Below, one piece after another: positions 37,767-46,624 of a stretch of DNA of 64,000 nucleotides. The notes beneath the pieces are model-generated. The model saw nothing but the letters and a program-made list of their open reading frames with translations, searched no databases and was not told the DNA's origin. Made by a program: the position numbers and the translations under genes. This DNA is from an uncultured virus (IMG/VR IMGVR_UViG_2675903516_000002) (Duplodnaviria > Heunggongvirae > Uroviricota > Caudoviricetes), in IMG/VR virus record IMGVR_UViG_2675903516_000002. One strand, written 5' to 3'. The number at the start of each line of letters is the position of its first letter. The first letter of the stretch is position 1.

Positions 37767-39965
37767 ATGACTGTATTTATTTGTTTATTCGAGCCGAAAA
37801 AAGCGGCTCTCAAAAATGGGGCTATACCGCTTGTTATAGCTCTGGAAGCCATAAATAAGAAAATGGCATCCGCACTGGCCATCGGGAAATTATGGGAAGC
37901 TTACCCCGCTGCCGGTGATAACTTTGCTGATCCGAAAATCTGTGAGGATACTGTCGGGCAACCGCGCCCGGTTGTTGGTGAGTTCGATGAGCAGTTCGCA
38001 CAGGATAATACCTTTGATGGCAAAGTATGGACGCCTAATGCTGTACCGTTGCCTGAGGATGGTAATGAAGACAACGGCGAGGTAAGTGAGGACATTACTA
38101 CTACTACTCCGGTTGATTTCAACAAACTGGGTATTGGAGCTAAAGTTGGTAGCGTAATGTTGTACGGTGCGCGTGACATTGATTCACATGAGCTATCACT
38201 TGTGTATGACTTAATTAATGATGACGACGCTGAGCCGGAAATAAGTTCGATATACATGGCGCTCACATGTATTCCTGCAATTGGCGCGATGTATCCGCAG
38301 TCAATTAAAAATCTTATTGATGCGATAAATAAGAAATTCCCCAAAATACCTGGATTCAGGGAAGTACGTAGCTTTGCTGAAAAATGGGTTAATGAACCCA
38401 GCAATCGTGACGAGTTAACCGGTACTAAAAAAGTTGCCCGTATTGACACGCCGGCTCCTGATGCGCCAATCAAACGCAGCTTTGAGCACACATATAAAAC
38501 GCTCGATCTCGAAGTCGCTCTCGCCTTATTGCCTGCTGATTTTAACTGCTGGGATGTCATGTCGGCAGAGATGAAGCAAGCAAAAGAGCTGATGGATAAC
38601 AATGATGATGCCTGGCGTAAATGGTCAACCGATTTTCGCGTTCGCAACAATGTGTTATCTATTCCACGTGAAAGCATCTTTGAAGTGATCCGCGCGGGTA
38701 AAAAGCAACCTATCTTCCTGACCGATGCCTCAGCACGAAAGGAATTTATCACTCAGTGTTTAGCCGTTAAAAACCCACAACCCGCAGTAACCAATCTGGG
38801 TGATGGCAAGTTCTCTATTGATGGTCTAGCCGGTGGTGAACCGCAACCAGCGGCAAACAATGAAACAAAACTGGCGCTGGTTGCCAATTCTGAGCCAGAA
38901 ACTGAAACAAAACCGCCAATTGTTGAAACAGAACAGGAAAACCCTGAACTGGAACCTATCACTGATAACGCAGCTCAACAGGCTAAAGAGACGTTGGATC
39001 AGTTGGGTTACAGCGTTTATGCCTCAGTTGAGGAGAAGCCGACAGAGGTTATTGAAGAGGCGCAGCAAAGCGCTATTCCTACTGTAGATGTTACTGCTGA
39101 TGAATTTCAGCAGCGAGCCGTCATCATTGAAGAGGATATATCTTCACAGCCACAAGATGTGCAGGACAACATGAATCTGTGGCGCTCGGTGCAAAGAACC
39201 GATGAACGCTTTACTAAAGCATTCTCAAATAACGGTGGTGGCACGTCGATTAACGGCACCTATATGGTTATGCAAGCAACAAAATTGCTTGGGCCACAAG
39301 GTATCAACTGGCGGGTGGAGATTTTAGAAGAACGCTTTGATAACGGTGCACCGATCATGCGGTCAGTCAAAGGTGCTGATGGAAATTATATAAAAGAAGT
39401 CATACCCAACGGATCTGGCGGCTATCTAACTGAGATCAATCATGTCATTAAAATACGCTTAATCTACACCCTGCGTGGTGAGCGTGGCGAAATCCCTGCA
39501 TATGGTTGCACCCCATATATCTACAACACCAAAAACGGTCTCACCTGTGATAGTGAAGTCACCAAAAAATCACTAACGGATGCGACTAAAAAGGCACTGT
39601 CACAACTTGGTTTCTCTGCTGATGTATTCCTCGGTCTTTTTGATGATCTCGGATACCGCACTGATAACGCCGCTGAGTTTGCTATCAAGAACGCAAGTGA
39701 GAAAGCCGGTGACTCAGTTCGTCTGCGCAAAGAGCTGGATGAGAAGTTAACCAAAGTAGGCAATACCATTACGAGCGCCGTCACCACCAACGAAGTGAAC
39801 AAGGTTTACAGCACCATTGCGCGTGAAGTTGATGTACACCGCAAAGATGCAGAAGCCAAAGCCGATCACGAACACGCCAATTACCTCAAAACCCGCCTGC
39901 TGGCGTTACACCGCTTAACTGAAAAACGGGTTGCTGAACTTACCGCACAGGAGCCGACATTATGA
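37767..39965 (+). CDS. RecE-like N-terminal region fused to Rad52/Sak-like annealase domain
   Basis: HTYKTLDLEVALAL RecE-N-like segment; LWRSVQRTD...LGPQGINW...KKSLTDATKKALSQLGFSADVFLG C-terminus. Confidence 0.7.
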   Translation: MTVFICLFEPKKAALKNGAIPLVIALEAINKKMASALAIGKLWEAYPAAGDNFADPKICEDTVGQPRPVVGEFDEQFAQDNTFDGKVWTPNAVPLPEDGNEDNGEVSEDITTTTPVDFNKLGIGAKVGSVMLYGARDIDSHELSLVYDLINDDDAEPEISSIYMALTCIPAIGAMYPQSIKNLIDAINKKFPKIPGFREVRSFAEKWVNEPSNRDELTGTKKVARIDTPAPDAPIKRSFEHTYKTLDLEVALALLPADFNCWDVMSAEMKQAKELMDNNDDAWRKWSTDFRVRNNVLSIPRESIFEVIRAGKKQPIFLTDASARKEFITQCLAVKNPQPAVTNLGDGKFSIDGLAGGEPQPAANNETKLALVANSEPETETKPPIVETEQENPELEPITDNAAQQAKETLDQLGYSVYASVEEKPTEVIEEAQQSAIPTVDVTADEFQQRAVIIEEDISSQPQDVQDNMNLWRSVQRTDERFTKAFSNNGGGTSINGTYMVMQATKLLGPQGINWRVEILEERFDNGAPIMRSVKGADGNYIKEVIPNGSGGYLTEINHVIKIRLIYTLRGERGEIPAYGCTPYIYNTKNGLTCDSEVTKKSLTDATKKALSQLGFSADVFLGLFDDLGYRTDNAAEFAIKNASEKAGDSVRLRKELDEKLTKVGNTITSAVTTNEVNKVYSTIAREVDVHRKDAEAKADHEHANYLKTRLLALHRLTEKRVAELTAQEPTL

Positions 39966-40462
39966 GCAATACAGCAATCGCATTAGCCGCAGACCTTTTC
40001 AAACTGCAACAGTTGGTTGAGTCCTCAGAGGAACTCACGCCAGAAATGATCGCCGATACGCTTGAGGGGTTAGAGGGTGCCCTGGGGGATAAGCTGGATG
40101 CAACCTACGTCTTTGTTCGCAATCTTGAGGGGCAAGCAAAGACCTGTGATGAGGAAGCTAAACGTCTGGCTGAGCGGAAAAGGTCATTCGAGAATCGGGC
40201 CAAATCGATCAAACAGTACGTCCTTAACTGCTTATTGGCCGCAGATATGAACACACTTAAAACGCCGTATAACACATTCACCGCACGCAAAGGTGTGGCC
40301 AGTGTGGTGATCGACAATGAAGACTTATTGTCCAGTGAATTGGTGACAGTGCAAACCACCGTAGCGCCCGATAAAAAAGCCATTAAGGAAGCCATAGAGA
40401 ATGGTGTTGATGTTAAAGGTGCGCATATCGAGATCGGTAGCCGTAGCCTGCAGGTTCGCTAA
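39962..40462 (+). CDS. Siphovirus Gp157 family protein
   Basis: IADTLEG...EAKRLAERK...PDKKAIKEAI...GAHIE. Confidence 0.88.
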   Translation: MSNTAIALAADLFKLQQLVESSEELTPEMIADTLEGLEGALGDKLDATYVFVRNLEGQAKTCDEEAKRLAERKRSFENRAKSIKQYVLNCLLAADMNTLKTPYNTFTARKGVASVVIDNEDLLSSELVTVQTTVAPDKKAIKEAIENGVDVKGAHIEIGSRSLQVR

Positions 40463-40507
40463 TTTCATCCCGCCCCAAACCAACGGGGCATTACTGAGGC
40501 AACACCC

Positions 40508-40690
40508 ATGCTAAAGCGTACTCACAAACGCGGTGAAAAGTCCTATATCACACTCCCCGATGGACGAACAGGCACCATCCACACTGATCGCCGTTGTGAT
40601 GTTCACTACGATTTTCCGGTAGATGTTCGAATTAGCAGCACCCCACCGCAGAAAGCACCCGAAAAATTGATTTTGCATAATCAGAAATAA
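40508..40690 (+). CDS. CsrA/RsmA-like small protein
   Basis: MLKRTHKRGEKSYI...CDVHYDFPVDVRISS aligns by eye with CsrA MLILTRRVGETLMI...VRIGVNAPKEVSVHR. Confidence 0.55.
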   Translation: MLKRTHKRGEKSYITLPDGRTGTIHTDRRCDVHYDFPVDVRISSTPPQKAPEKLILHNQK

Positions 40691-40739
40691 TCAACCTGCC
40701 CCGCTAGCATGGTGGAAATCCAACACCAGGGAAACCACC

Positions 40740-40946
40740 ATGCAGCCATGGCAACCGGGCAAACGCCTATTAACCGACTTAGATATTAAGATCGGCAAAT
40801 TATCAGCCAGTGTACGGAAACAACAACTCACCGACCACGATATACAGCGGGCCTGTTCTGCGACCGACAGAGCAATAACCCAAATGATACAGGGGCAAGA
40901 CCATGAAAAACGACCACGACATAATCACCAAAGAGGAGATGATTGA
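40740..40946 (+). CDS. Hypothetical protein overlapping xis start
   Basis: 68 aa with CAGGG RBS. Confidence 0.55.
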   Translation: MQPWQPGKRLLTDLDIKIGKLSASVRKQQLTDHDIQRACSATDRAITQMIQGQDHEKRPRHNHQRGDD

Positions 40947-41139
40947 GTTGACCGGTCATCACTACAAAACCAAACAATGTGACTCTTTACGCCGCTCGGG
41001 GATCTTTTTTATCCGACGCCCAGACGGACACCCGAAAACCACTTGGGGCCATTTTTTGAATCCAATCAGTTTACGCGGTAAGCCGCTAGAGCCAGAAAAA
41101 GAAGAACCCAATTTCGAGGCCATGAACAGTGGCCGGTAA
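40903..41139 (+). CDS. xis: Excisionase-like protein (DUF4224)
   Basis: EMIELTG...KQCDSL...GIFFIRRPDGHP...EPNF; overlaps int start. Confidence 0.85.
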   Translation: MKNDHDIITKEEMIELTGHHYKTKQCDSLRRSGIFFIRRPDGHPKTTWGHFLNPISLRGKPLEPEKEEPNFEAMNSGR

Positions 41140-42145
41140 ACGCAAGAACGCCGCAGACACGGCATTACCACCTCGGGTGTATCGTGGAAAATCGAAATAT
41201 GAATTCCACCCCGCCCGCGGTGGCTCAATATCGCTATGCCCATTGGATGCACCTATTTCTCAAGTATGGTCATGCTACGAAAAAATAAATAATGAGCCAT
41301 TAGAAAAAGCCAACTTGAATAAACTCATTGAACAGTTTTTCCGCTCTGTTGATTTTAATGAGTTAGCTGTTGAGACGCAGAAAGACTACCGCAAATATTC
41401 ACTTAGAGTATTACCAGTTTTCGGGAAAATGGAACCAGACAACATAAAACCTGAACATATCAGGAAATATATGGATAGACGCGGGGTTGCCAGTAGAACA
41501 CAGGCAAACCGTGAGAAAACTTTCCTATCGCGGGTTTATCGTTGGGGTTATGAGAGGGGAATGGTAAAAGGCAACCCATGCAAGGGTGTTAAGCAATTTA
41601 AAGAGGTTAGCAGGGAACGATACATTACTGACGCTGAATATAGCGCTCTCTACAACGTAGCTCCGCCGATTGTAAAAGCGGCAATGGAACTCGCCTATCT
41701 TTGTTGCGCTCGGCAAGCAGACATCCTCGCCTTAAAAAAGTCACAGCTAATAGATGCCGGGGTATTTATACAGCAAGGGAAAACAGGAAAGAAACAGATC
41801 AAGGCATGGACGGAAAGATTACAGCAGGCCATCAAAATTGCAGATGGAATAGAAATCGCTCCAGGTGTGAGCAGTATTTATGTACTACATCAGCGGTCTG
41901 GGCATGGCTACACAAGAGATGGTTTCAATAGTCGGTGGCGCAACGCAAAATTATTGGCCGCAAAAACATTTTCCGAATTGGACTTTGATTTCACGTTTCA
42001 TGATTTAAAAGCCAAGGGAATATCAGACTTAGAGGGAACCCTCGCAGAGAAGCAAGCCATTTCAGGGCACAAGAATACAGCCCAAACAGCAAGATATGAT
42101 AGGAAAACAGAAATTGTGCCAGTGGTAGGCGGTCAGAAAAAGTGA
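41129..42145 (+). CDS. int: Tyrosine integrase (lambdoid prophage)
   Basis: ARQAD, FHDLKAK, SGH...TARY catalytic motifs. Confidence 0.95.
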   Translation: MAGKRKNAADTALPPRVYRGKSKYEFHPARGGSISLCPLDAPISQVWSCYEKINNEPLEKANLNKLIEQFFRSVDFNELAVETQKDYRKYSLRVLPVFGKMEPDNIKPEHIRKYMDRRGVASRTQANREKTFLSRVYRWGYERGMVKGNPCKGVKQFKEVSRERYITDAEYSALYNVAPPIVKAAMELAYLCCARQADILALKKSQLIDAGVFIQQGKTGKKQIKAWTERLQQAIKIADGIEIAPGVSSIYVLHQRSGHGYTRDGFNSRWRNAKLLAAKTFSELDFDFTFHDLKAKGISDLEGTLAEKQAISGHKNTAQTARYDRKTEIVPVVGGQKK

Positions 42146-42170
42146 ATTTTTATTCAGATAACCGAAATCA

Positions 42171-42203
42171 TGTTAGGAAATGATGTTAGGAACATCTTAG
42201 GAA
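42171..42203 (+). repeat. Three TSTTAGGAA direct repeats, likely Int arm sites
   Basis: Copies at 42171, 42184, 42195 between int and att core. Confidence 0.65.
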
Positions 42204-42218
42204 TGAGATTTCAGGCAC

Positions 42219-42241
42219 AAAAAAACCGCCTCTCGGCGGTT
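42219..42241 (-). terminator. Intrinsic terminator downstream of tRNA 3' end
   Basis: aaccgcc-gaga-ggcggtt plus T tract on minus strand. Confidence 0.8.
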
Positions 42242-42285
42242 AACGACATACTCATACTACTTTGTTTTACTTAGATTTGTTTCCA

Positions 42286-42339
42286 TGGTGCCCGGGGCGG
42301 GACTTGAACCCGCACAGCCATAAGCCGAGGGATTTTAAA
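42286..42339 (-). pseudogene. leuZ: 3' half of tRNA-Leu(UAA); att junction between the two prophages
   Basis: Minus strand TTTAAAATCCCTCGGC...GGGTTCAAGTCCCGCCCCGGGCACCA: anticodon loop to CCA; 5' half absent; IHF-like aatcaatcactta at 42360. Confidence 0.9.
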
Positions 42340-42449
42340 AACTCTCACGGCATTATGGAAATCAATCACTTACGTAAAATCAGTAAGTTACCAAACACGA
42401 TGGCGGGTTAGTTTGGGTTGTTGCGGGGGTGGTAGTCACTCAATAAACG

Positions 42450-43424
42450 CTAGTCTTTACTTTTAAGAGCTTTCTTTTTTTCCACATATGCCAAGAAAGA
42501 TAGCCCTTTCTGTGTTGTTGCATATCTTCTGTATCTAACAGAAGGAACTTTTTCATTCAAAACTAAGCCATGAATTTGTAACTTTGGACATAGAGTAAAA
42601 TACATAAAACCAGCTTCTGCACTTTCACCAATTCCATTAGTAACTCCATTAATTAGACTTTCTTTAAGCGTTAAGAACATATGTAGTAGATGTAATTCTT
42701 TTTCTTCTTCTAAATGCCATAAACCAGTGGGAACTAATATTTTTGTATTAAGCAAAATTTTATATAACTCTTCATTATCAGCATCTTTTTCTTTTTTATT
42801 ATTATTAATTTTACTAATTTGGGTTGTAAGTTTTACGTGCTCTACTTTGAGTTCTGAGTTCTCTTGCACGAGTCGACTAATTTCATCAACAAGTACTTTT
42901 GTGTCTGGAACCTCACTTCCAGAAATCCAACCAGATAAATCACGAGTTCGAGCTATTTCTGGTAAACTTTCTAGCACACATAATTTTATATCCTTAACAT
43001 CATCATAAAAGGATGACATGTTAGAAAGTACTTTTTCCCGAAATATTTTTAACTGTTTAGGATTATCTCTTTCTAAAGCATCACTCCCAAAAATTTTAAC
43101 TTTATTCTCCAAAGCATTATCTTTGATAACAACAGAAAATAACGGTTTATTAGTCTCTAACGCATAATTATATTCTAATTCTGTATAGCTAATACCAGAC
43201 TCAGGTTCAACGGAGCCATATCGACCACCTAAGATAAGCATATATACATCGGATTCATCTATCCAATTTTTTATTGTTTCCCATTGACTACGGTCACCAG
43301 CAGTGAACAACTCCATCCCTGCCGGGATATGACCTGTTTTCAAAATAGCTGAAACTGCGGCTTGCCTTTCGTCCTTTAAATCATTGAAAGTAGAAGATAC
43401 AAACACTTGTAATCTTTTTCTCAT
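42450..43424 (-). CDS. DUF4062-domain protein, candidate defense cargo
   Basis: QVFVSSTFNDLKDER...PAGMELF...IDESDVYMLILGGRYGS...SYTELEY; AT-rich. Confidence 0.88.
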   Translation of the reverse strand: MRKRLQVFVSSTFNDLKDERQAAVSAILKTGHIPAGMELFTAGDRSQWETIKNWIDESDVYMLILGGRYGSVEPESGISYTELEYNYALETNKPLFSVVIKDNALENKVKIFGSDALERDNPKQLKIFREKVLSNMSSFYDDVKDIKLCVLESLPEIARTRDLSGWISGSEVPDTKVLVDEISRLVQENSELKVEHVKLTTQISKINNNKKEKDADNEELYKILLNTKILVPTGLWHLEEEKELHLLHMFLTLKESLINGVTNGIGESAEAGFMYFTLCPKLQIHGLVLNEKVPSVRYRRYATTQKGLSFLAYVEKKKALKSKD

Positions 43425-43435
43425 TACGAAACCTT

Positions 43436-44467
43436 TTAGAATATCTTTAATCGATCATATGGATTCAAACTCACTGCCGCTTCTAAATGATCCGGTGCAA
43501 AGTGGCTATAACGCATGGTCATTTGGATAGTGGAGTGCCCGAGGATTTGTTGCAGTACTAATATGTTGCCACCGTTCATCATAAAATGACTGGCGAATGT
43601 ATGGCGTAGAACGTGGGTTAACTGGCCGGTAGGTAGCACCAGTTTAGCCCGGTCGATAGCTTGACCAAATGCATCATAGGCATTGGCGAATAAGCGCCCT
43701 TTCATCTTTGGAATTAGTTTATGCAGTTCCGCAGAAATAGGGACTGTTCGGTTCTTTTTACTCTTGGTGTTGATATAAGTAATTTTATTTGGCATCACCT
43801 GAGCTTGTCTTAGTTGCTCCGCTTCACTCCAGCGTGCACCGGTAGCCAGACAGATACGAACGATGATACCGAGATCTTTGTTACTGGAACTGTCACACTC
43901 ATGCAGCAGACGCTTAATATCGTCCTCATAAAGGAAAGTTAATTCGTTTTCACTTTCACGAAATAACCTGACGCCATCCAGCGGATTCGCATGATTCCAA
44001 TGCCCTAGCCTTTTCAACTCATTAAAGACAGCTCGCAGATAAGCATGTTCGCGGTTGACCGTTGCCTCTTTTGGCGGTTTAACGATTCCGTGTTTTGGCT
44101 TACGACTAAACTCACCGGCTAAACGCTGCTTGCGGTATTTGGCGAACACTTCCCGGTCAAAATCAGCAACAGCAGGATCGCCCAAGTTATCACACAGGAT
44201 ATTGAGTTTATCTAATCTTGCTTTACCGTCACTCAAAGAGCGCCCGTGGAGTTCATACCACTGACCGACCAATGTTTTTAACCTCTGCGCGGCAGTCTCT
44301 GCCGGTGTGTAGTCAATATCCAGATCACCACGTTGCGCTAACTGCTCACGTTCAAAGCGCAACGCCTCGCCGCGAGTAACAAAGGTTTTCCTAACCCGCT
44401 TACTGTCACGTCCATCTGAGTAAAAATCACAGACCCACTTTCCGTTGGGTAACTTCCGTACTGCCAT
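43436..44467 (-). CDS. int: Tyrosine integrase (186/HP1-like)
   Basis: TGARWSEA, HVLRHTFASHFM, LGH...TMRYSH. Confidence 0.96.
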   Translation of the reverse strand: MAVRKLPNGKWVCDFYSDGRDSKRVRKTFVTRGEALRFEREQLAQRGDLDIDYTPAETAAQRLKTLVGQWYELHGRSLSDGKARLDKLNILCDNLGDPAVADFDREVFAKYRKQRLAGEFSRKPKHGIVKPPKEATVNREHAYLRAVFNELKRLGHWNHANPLDGVRLFRESENELTFLYEDDIKRLLHECDSSSNKDLGIIVRICLATGARWSEAEQLRQAQVMPNKITYINTKSKKNRTVPISAELHKLIPKMKGRLFANAYDAFGQAIDRAKLVLPTGQLTHVLRHTFASHFMMNGGNILVLQQILGHSTIQMTMRYSHFAPDHLEAAVSLNPYDRLKIF

Positions 44468-44502
44468 AAATAAGTCCTCAAGAATAATCCCTTGGGCCTA
44501 TT

Positions 44503-44522
44503 TACTGTATATAAAAACAGTA
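44503..44522. promoter_or_regulatory. LexA box upstream of int
   Basis: TACTGTATATAAAAACAGTA next to TTGACT on minus strand. Confidence 0.85.
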
Positions 44523-44564
44523 GTCAATGTTTGATATGCAACACGACAAACATCTGATTAAAAA

Positions 44565-44765
44565 CTAACGTGTACAGGTTTTCTTTGATTTACTGATAGA
44601 GCCATCATTGCAGACAAATTTCTCATTTTCACAATGGGATACCCCGCCCTTTTTGCCGGAACAGGGGTAATTTCTAGCCATTGATACCGTTGGTAAAGAC
44701 AGAAGCAAAGCACCAATAATCGCTGTAGTTAAGATTTTCATCACAACTCCATGTATGTTCGCCAA
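44565..44765 (-). CDS. YdcA-like small secreted Cys protein
   Basis: Signal peptide plus NYPCSGKKGGVSHC...FVCNDGSISKSKKTC. Confidence 0.8.
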   Translation of the reverse strand: MANIHGVVMKILTTAIIGALLLSLPTVSMARNYPCSGKKGGVSHCENEKFVCNDGSISKSKKTCTR

Positions 44766-45650
44766 TCAAACGGCAAAGCTTTTCCATTGTTCTTCACTAA
44801 TGATTTTTAAAGGGACACCCTTTTCATCACGATAGTTAATAGCTAACTCTATTTTTCTGCCATAGCTTTGGAAACGCCAATCACGGGAGCTTAAAGCGCC
44901 AATAATTAGGTAGTCTATTTTTTGAGTTATCGTATCCACGACAATGCCACCGGCAGCCTCTATTTCTGTCTTGCATTGATTGCGGCTTCCGCACAAAAAC
45001 TTACCCGTCAGACAGACTACAGAATCTTGCAAATCAATATTATCTACATGCTCAATAGGCAATCGTGTTGCCATTCCATCCACAACTCCATTGGCTATAT
45101 CACAACCGGTAAAATCAATCAGCGCTTGTTTTAAGGCTTCTCTTTCATCTGGAGTTATAATGCCATCGGCTAAAATATCTTTAACTAACTTGTACAGCTC
45201 TTTGCCGGGATAATTATTCTTCAACATACCATTCTGAGAAAGCCACCAGTCAAGATAGCGGACTTCACTTTCTATCAATTGGTGATTTGCCAGCATGCCT
45301 TTGCATAATCCCTCAAGCAAATGCTGGTCTGATTCAGATGAGTAAAGATCGATATCTGGCGTGTCGAGCAAGTTTTGTTGGATGTCAATCAGGTCAATTT
45401 TAAACTGAGCCAGTTCTTCTTTTTCAATAACACCATCTTCTAAAATGGCAGCTATTTTTGTTCGAATTGCATCAACACAATAATTTTCACAAATAATTTC
45501 AGATTCTAATAACCATGTATCCAAAAAGACGAGTTCTCGGGTATCAACTTCACCATCACAAATAATACCTTCGATCAAATTAATTAGATTAGTTAACAGT
45601 TTTTCTCTATTGCGTGAGTAGTTAAAAACACTGAGTTTCTTATCATCCAT
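44766..45650 (-). CDS. Protein with duplicated TerB-like helical unit and C-terminal BRCT domain
   Basis: Repeated ILxDGxI..EE/DE motif; VCLTGKFLCGSR...GG...IDYLIIG...GRKIELA...IISEEQW. Confidence 0.8.
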   Translation of the reverse strand: MDDKKLSVFNYSRNREKLLTNLINLIEGIICDGEVDTRELVFLDTWLLESEIICENYCVDAIRTKIAAILEDGVIEKEELAQFKIDLIDIQQNLLDTPDIDLYSSESDQHLLEGLCKGMLANHQLIESEVRYLDWWLSQNGMLKNNYPGKELYKLVKDILADGIITPDEREALKQALIDFTGCDIANGVVDGMATRLPIEHVDNIDLQDSVVCLTGKFLCGSRNQCKTEIEAAGGIVVDTITQKIDYLIIGALSSRDWRFQSYGRKIELAINYRDEKGVPLKIISEEQWKSFAV

Positions 45651-45690
45651 AAAGACTCCGTGAAGCTACAAAATTATTTAGAATTAGGTA

Positions 45691-46266
45691 TCAATAGCCC
45701 GTAATTTCACCGACAACTTTCGCCAGTATATTAACCTCACTAACCGGCCAATTGACATCATTGATTCGCCATACATCACTGGGTAAACGAGCAATATTGC
45801 TAATTGAGGTCACACCTGCTTTTTCAATCAACCAAAGACCGTCAGCAACATTTTTAAATTGGCGTTCGACCAGAAAATAGCGTTTCTCATTAGGGAACGA
45901 AATTAATTCAGGTTCAACAATCTGAACAGGCAATAATTCTGAATCAAGCAATACAGGGGATGCATCTATCAGCAAGCCATCTTCAAGGCTTTTATGAGCA
46001 ATAGATTTTGCGGTTTCATGTGCGGCAGGTTTAACCGGTTCCTGAGGTTCCCCCTCACCAGTTGCAAGCCAATGTAATGAAACACCAGTTTCTAAAGCAC
46101 AGAGCACAATCTCTTTGCCCGGAAAGTAATCACGTTTGATCCAAGTGCTGATTGTTCCCGTTCCTGCACCTAGATAAGCCGCTAATTCTCTTTGTACTTT
46201 AAAACCATAGGCTTGCATCATTCTTTCTACTGCTGCAATCCCGCCGCTTAGTTTTTTATCATCCAC
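45691..46266 (-). CDS. cI: 186-like CI repressor
   Basis: ERMMQAYGF...ISTWIKRDYFPG...CALETGVSLHWLATGEG. Confidence 0.9.
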   Translation of the reverse strand: MDDKKLSGGIAAVERMMQAYGFKVQRELAAYLGAGTGTISTWIKRDYFPGKEIVLCALETGVSLHWLATGEGEPQEPVKPAAHETAKSIAHKSLEDGLLIDASPVLLDSELLPVQIVEPELISFPNEKRYFLVERQFKNVADGLWLIEKAGVTSISNIARLPSDVWRINDVNWPVSEVNILAKVVGEITGY

Positions 46267-46372
46267 GCTCGCAAAAACCCCTTTACATACTCGCATATGC
46301 ATAGTTTAATTCGTGAATTGATGGCAAATACCCACCAATACCTATATTAACCACCATCAAACAGGATGCCCT

Positions 46373-46570
46373 ATGAATCAGAACCTTGCAATAACAGTTA
46401 CGTCGCCCTATTTGTCACTTACTGAGTTCTCAAAATTGAGCGGAATCCCTTATGAAACCTGCCGTGGCATGGTGAAAGATGGTCGTTTACCTATCCGCCA
46501 GAAAGTTCGCAAAATGGAAAAGGTTCTCGTAAATATGATCGCTCTCACTAAAGAAGCGGCAAACCAGTAA
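46373..46570 (+). CDS. apl: Apl/Cox-like regulator-excisionase
   Basis: PYLSLTEFSKLSGIP...GRLPIR...VNMIAL; divergent from cI. Confidence 0.85.
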   Translation: MNQNLAITVTSPYLSLTEFSKLSGIPYETCRGMVKDGRLPIRQKVRKMEKVLVNMIALTKEAANQ

Positions 46571-46624
46571 TGTTCGATATTCAAATTTGCCAACTAATTG
46601 TCGGCATATGTGAGGAAGTAAGCC

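Larger units (their letters stand above)
1..42285. mobile_element. Lambdoid siphovirus prophage (left end beyond window)
   Basis: Lambdoid gene order tail-head-terminase-lysis-Q-replication-cro/cI-recombination-xis-int, ending at the tRNA-Leu fragment. Confidence 0.95.

Noticed and set aside
37901..38752. 283-aa minus-strand ORF and similar long antisense ORFs
   Set aside because: Antisense shadows of well-supported genes, without recognisable motifs
42286..42339. Functional tRNA-Leu
   Set aside because: 5' acceptor strand and D arm are absent
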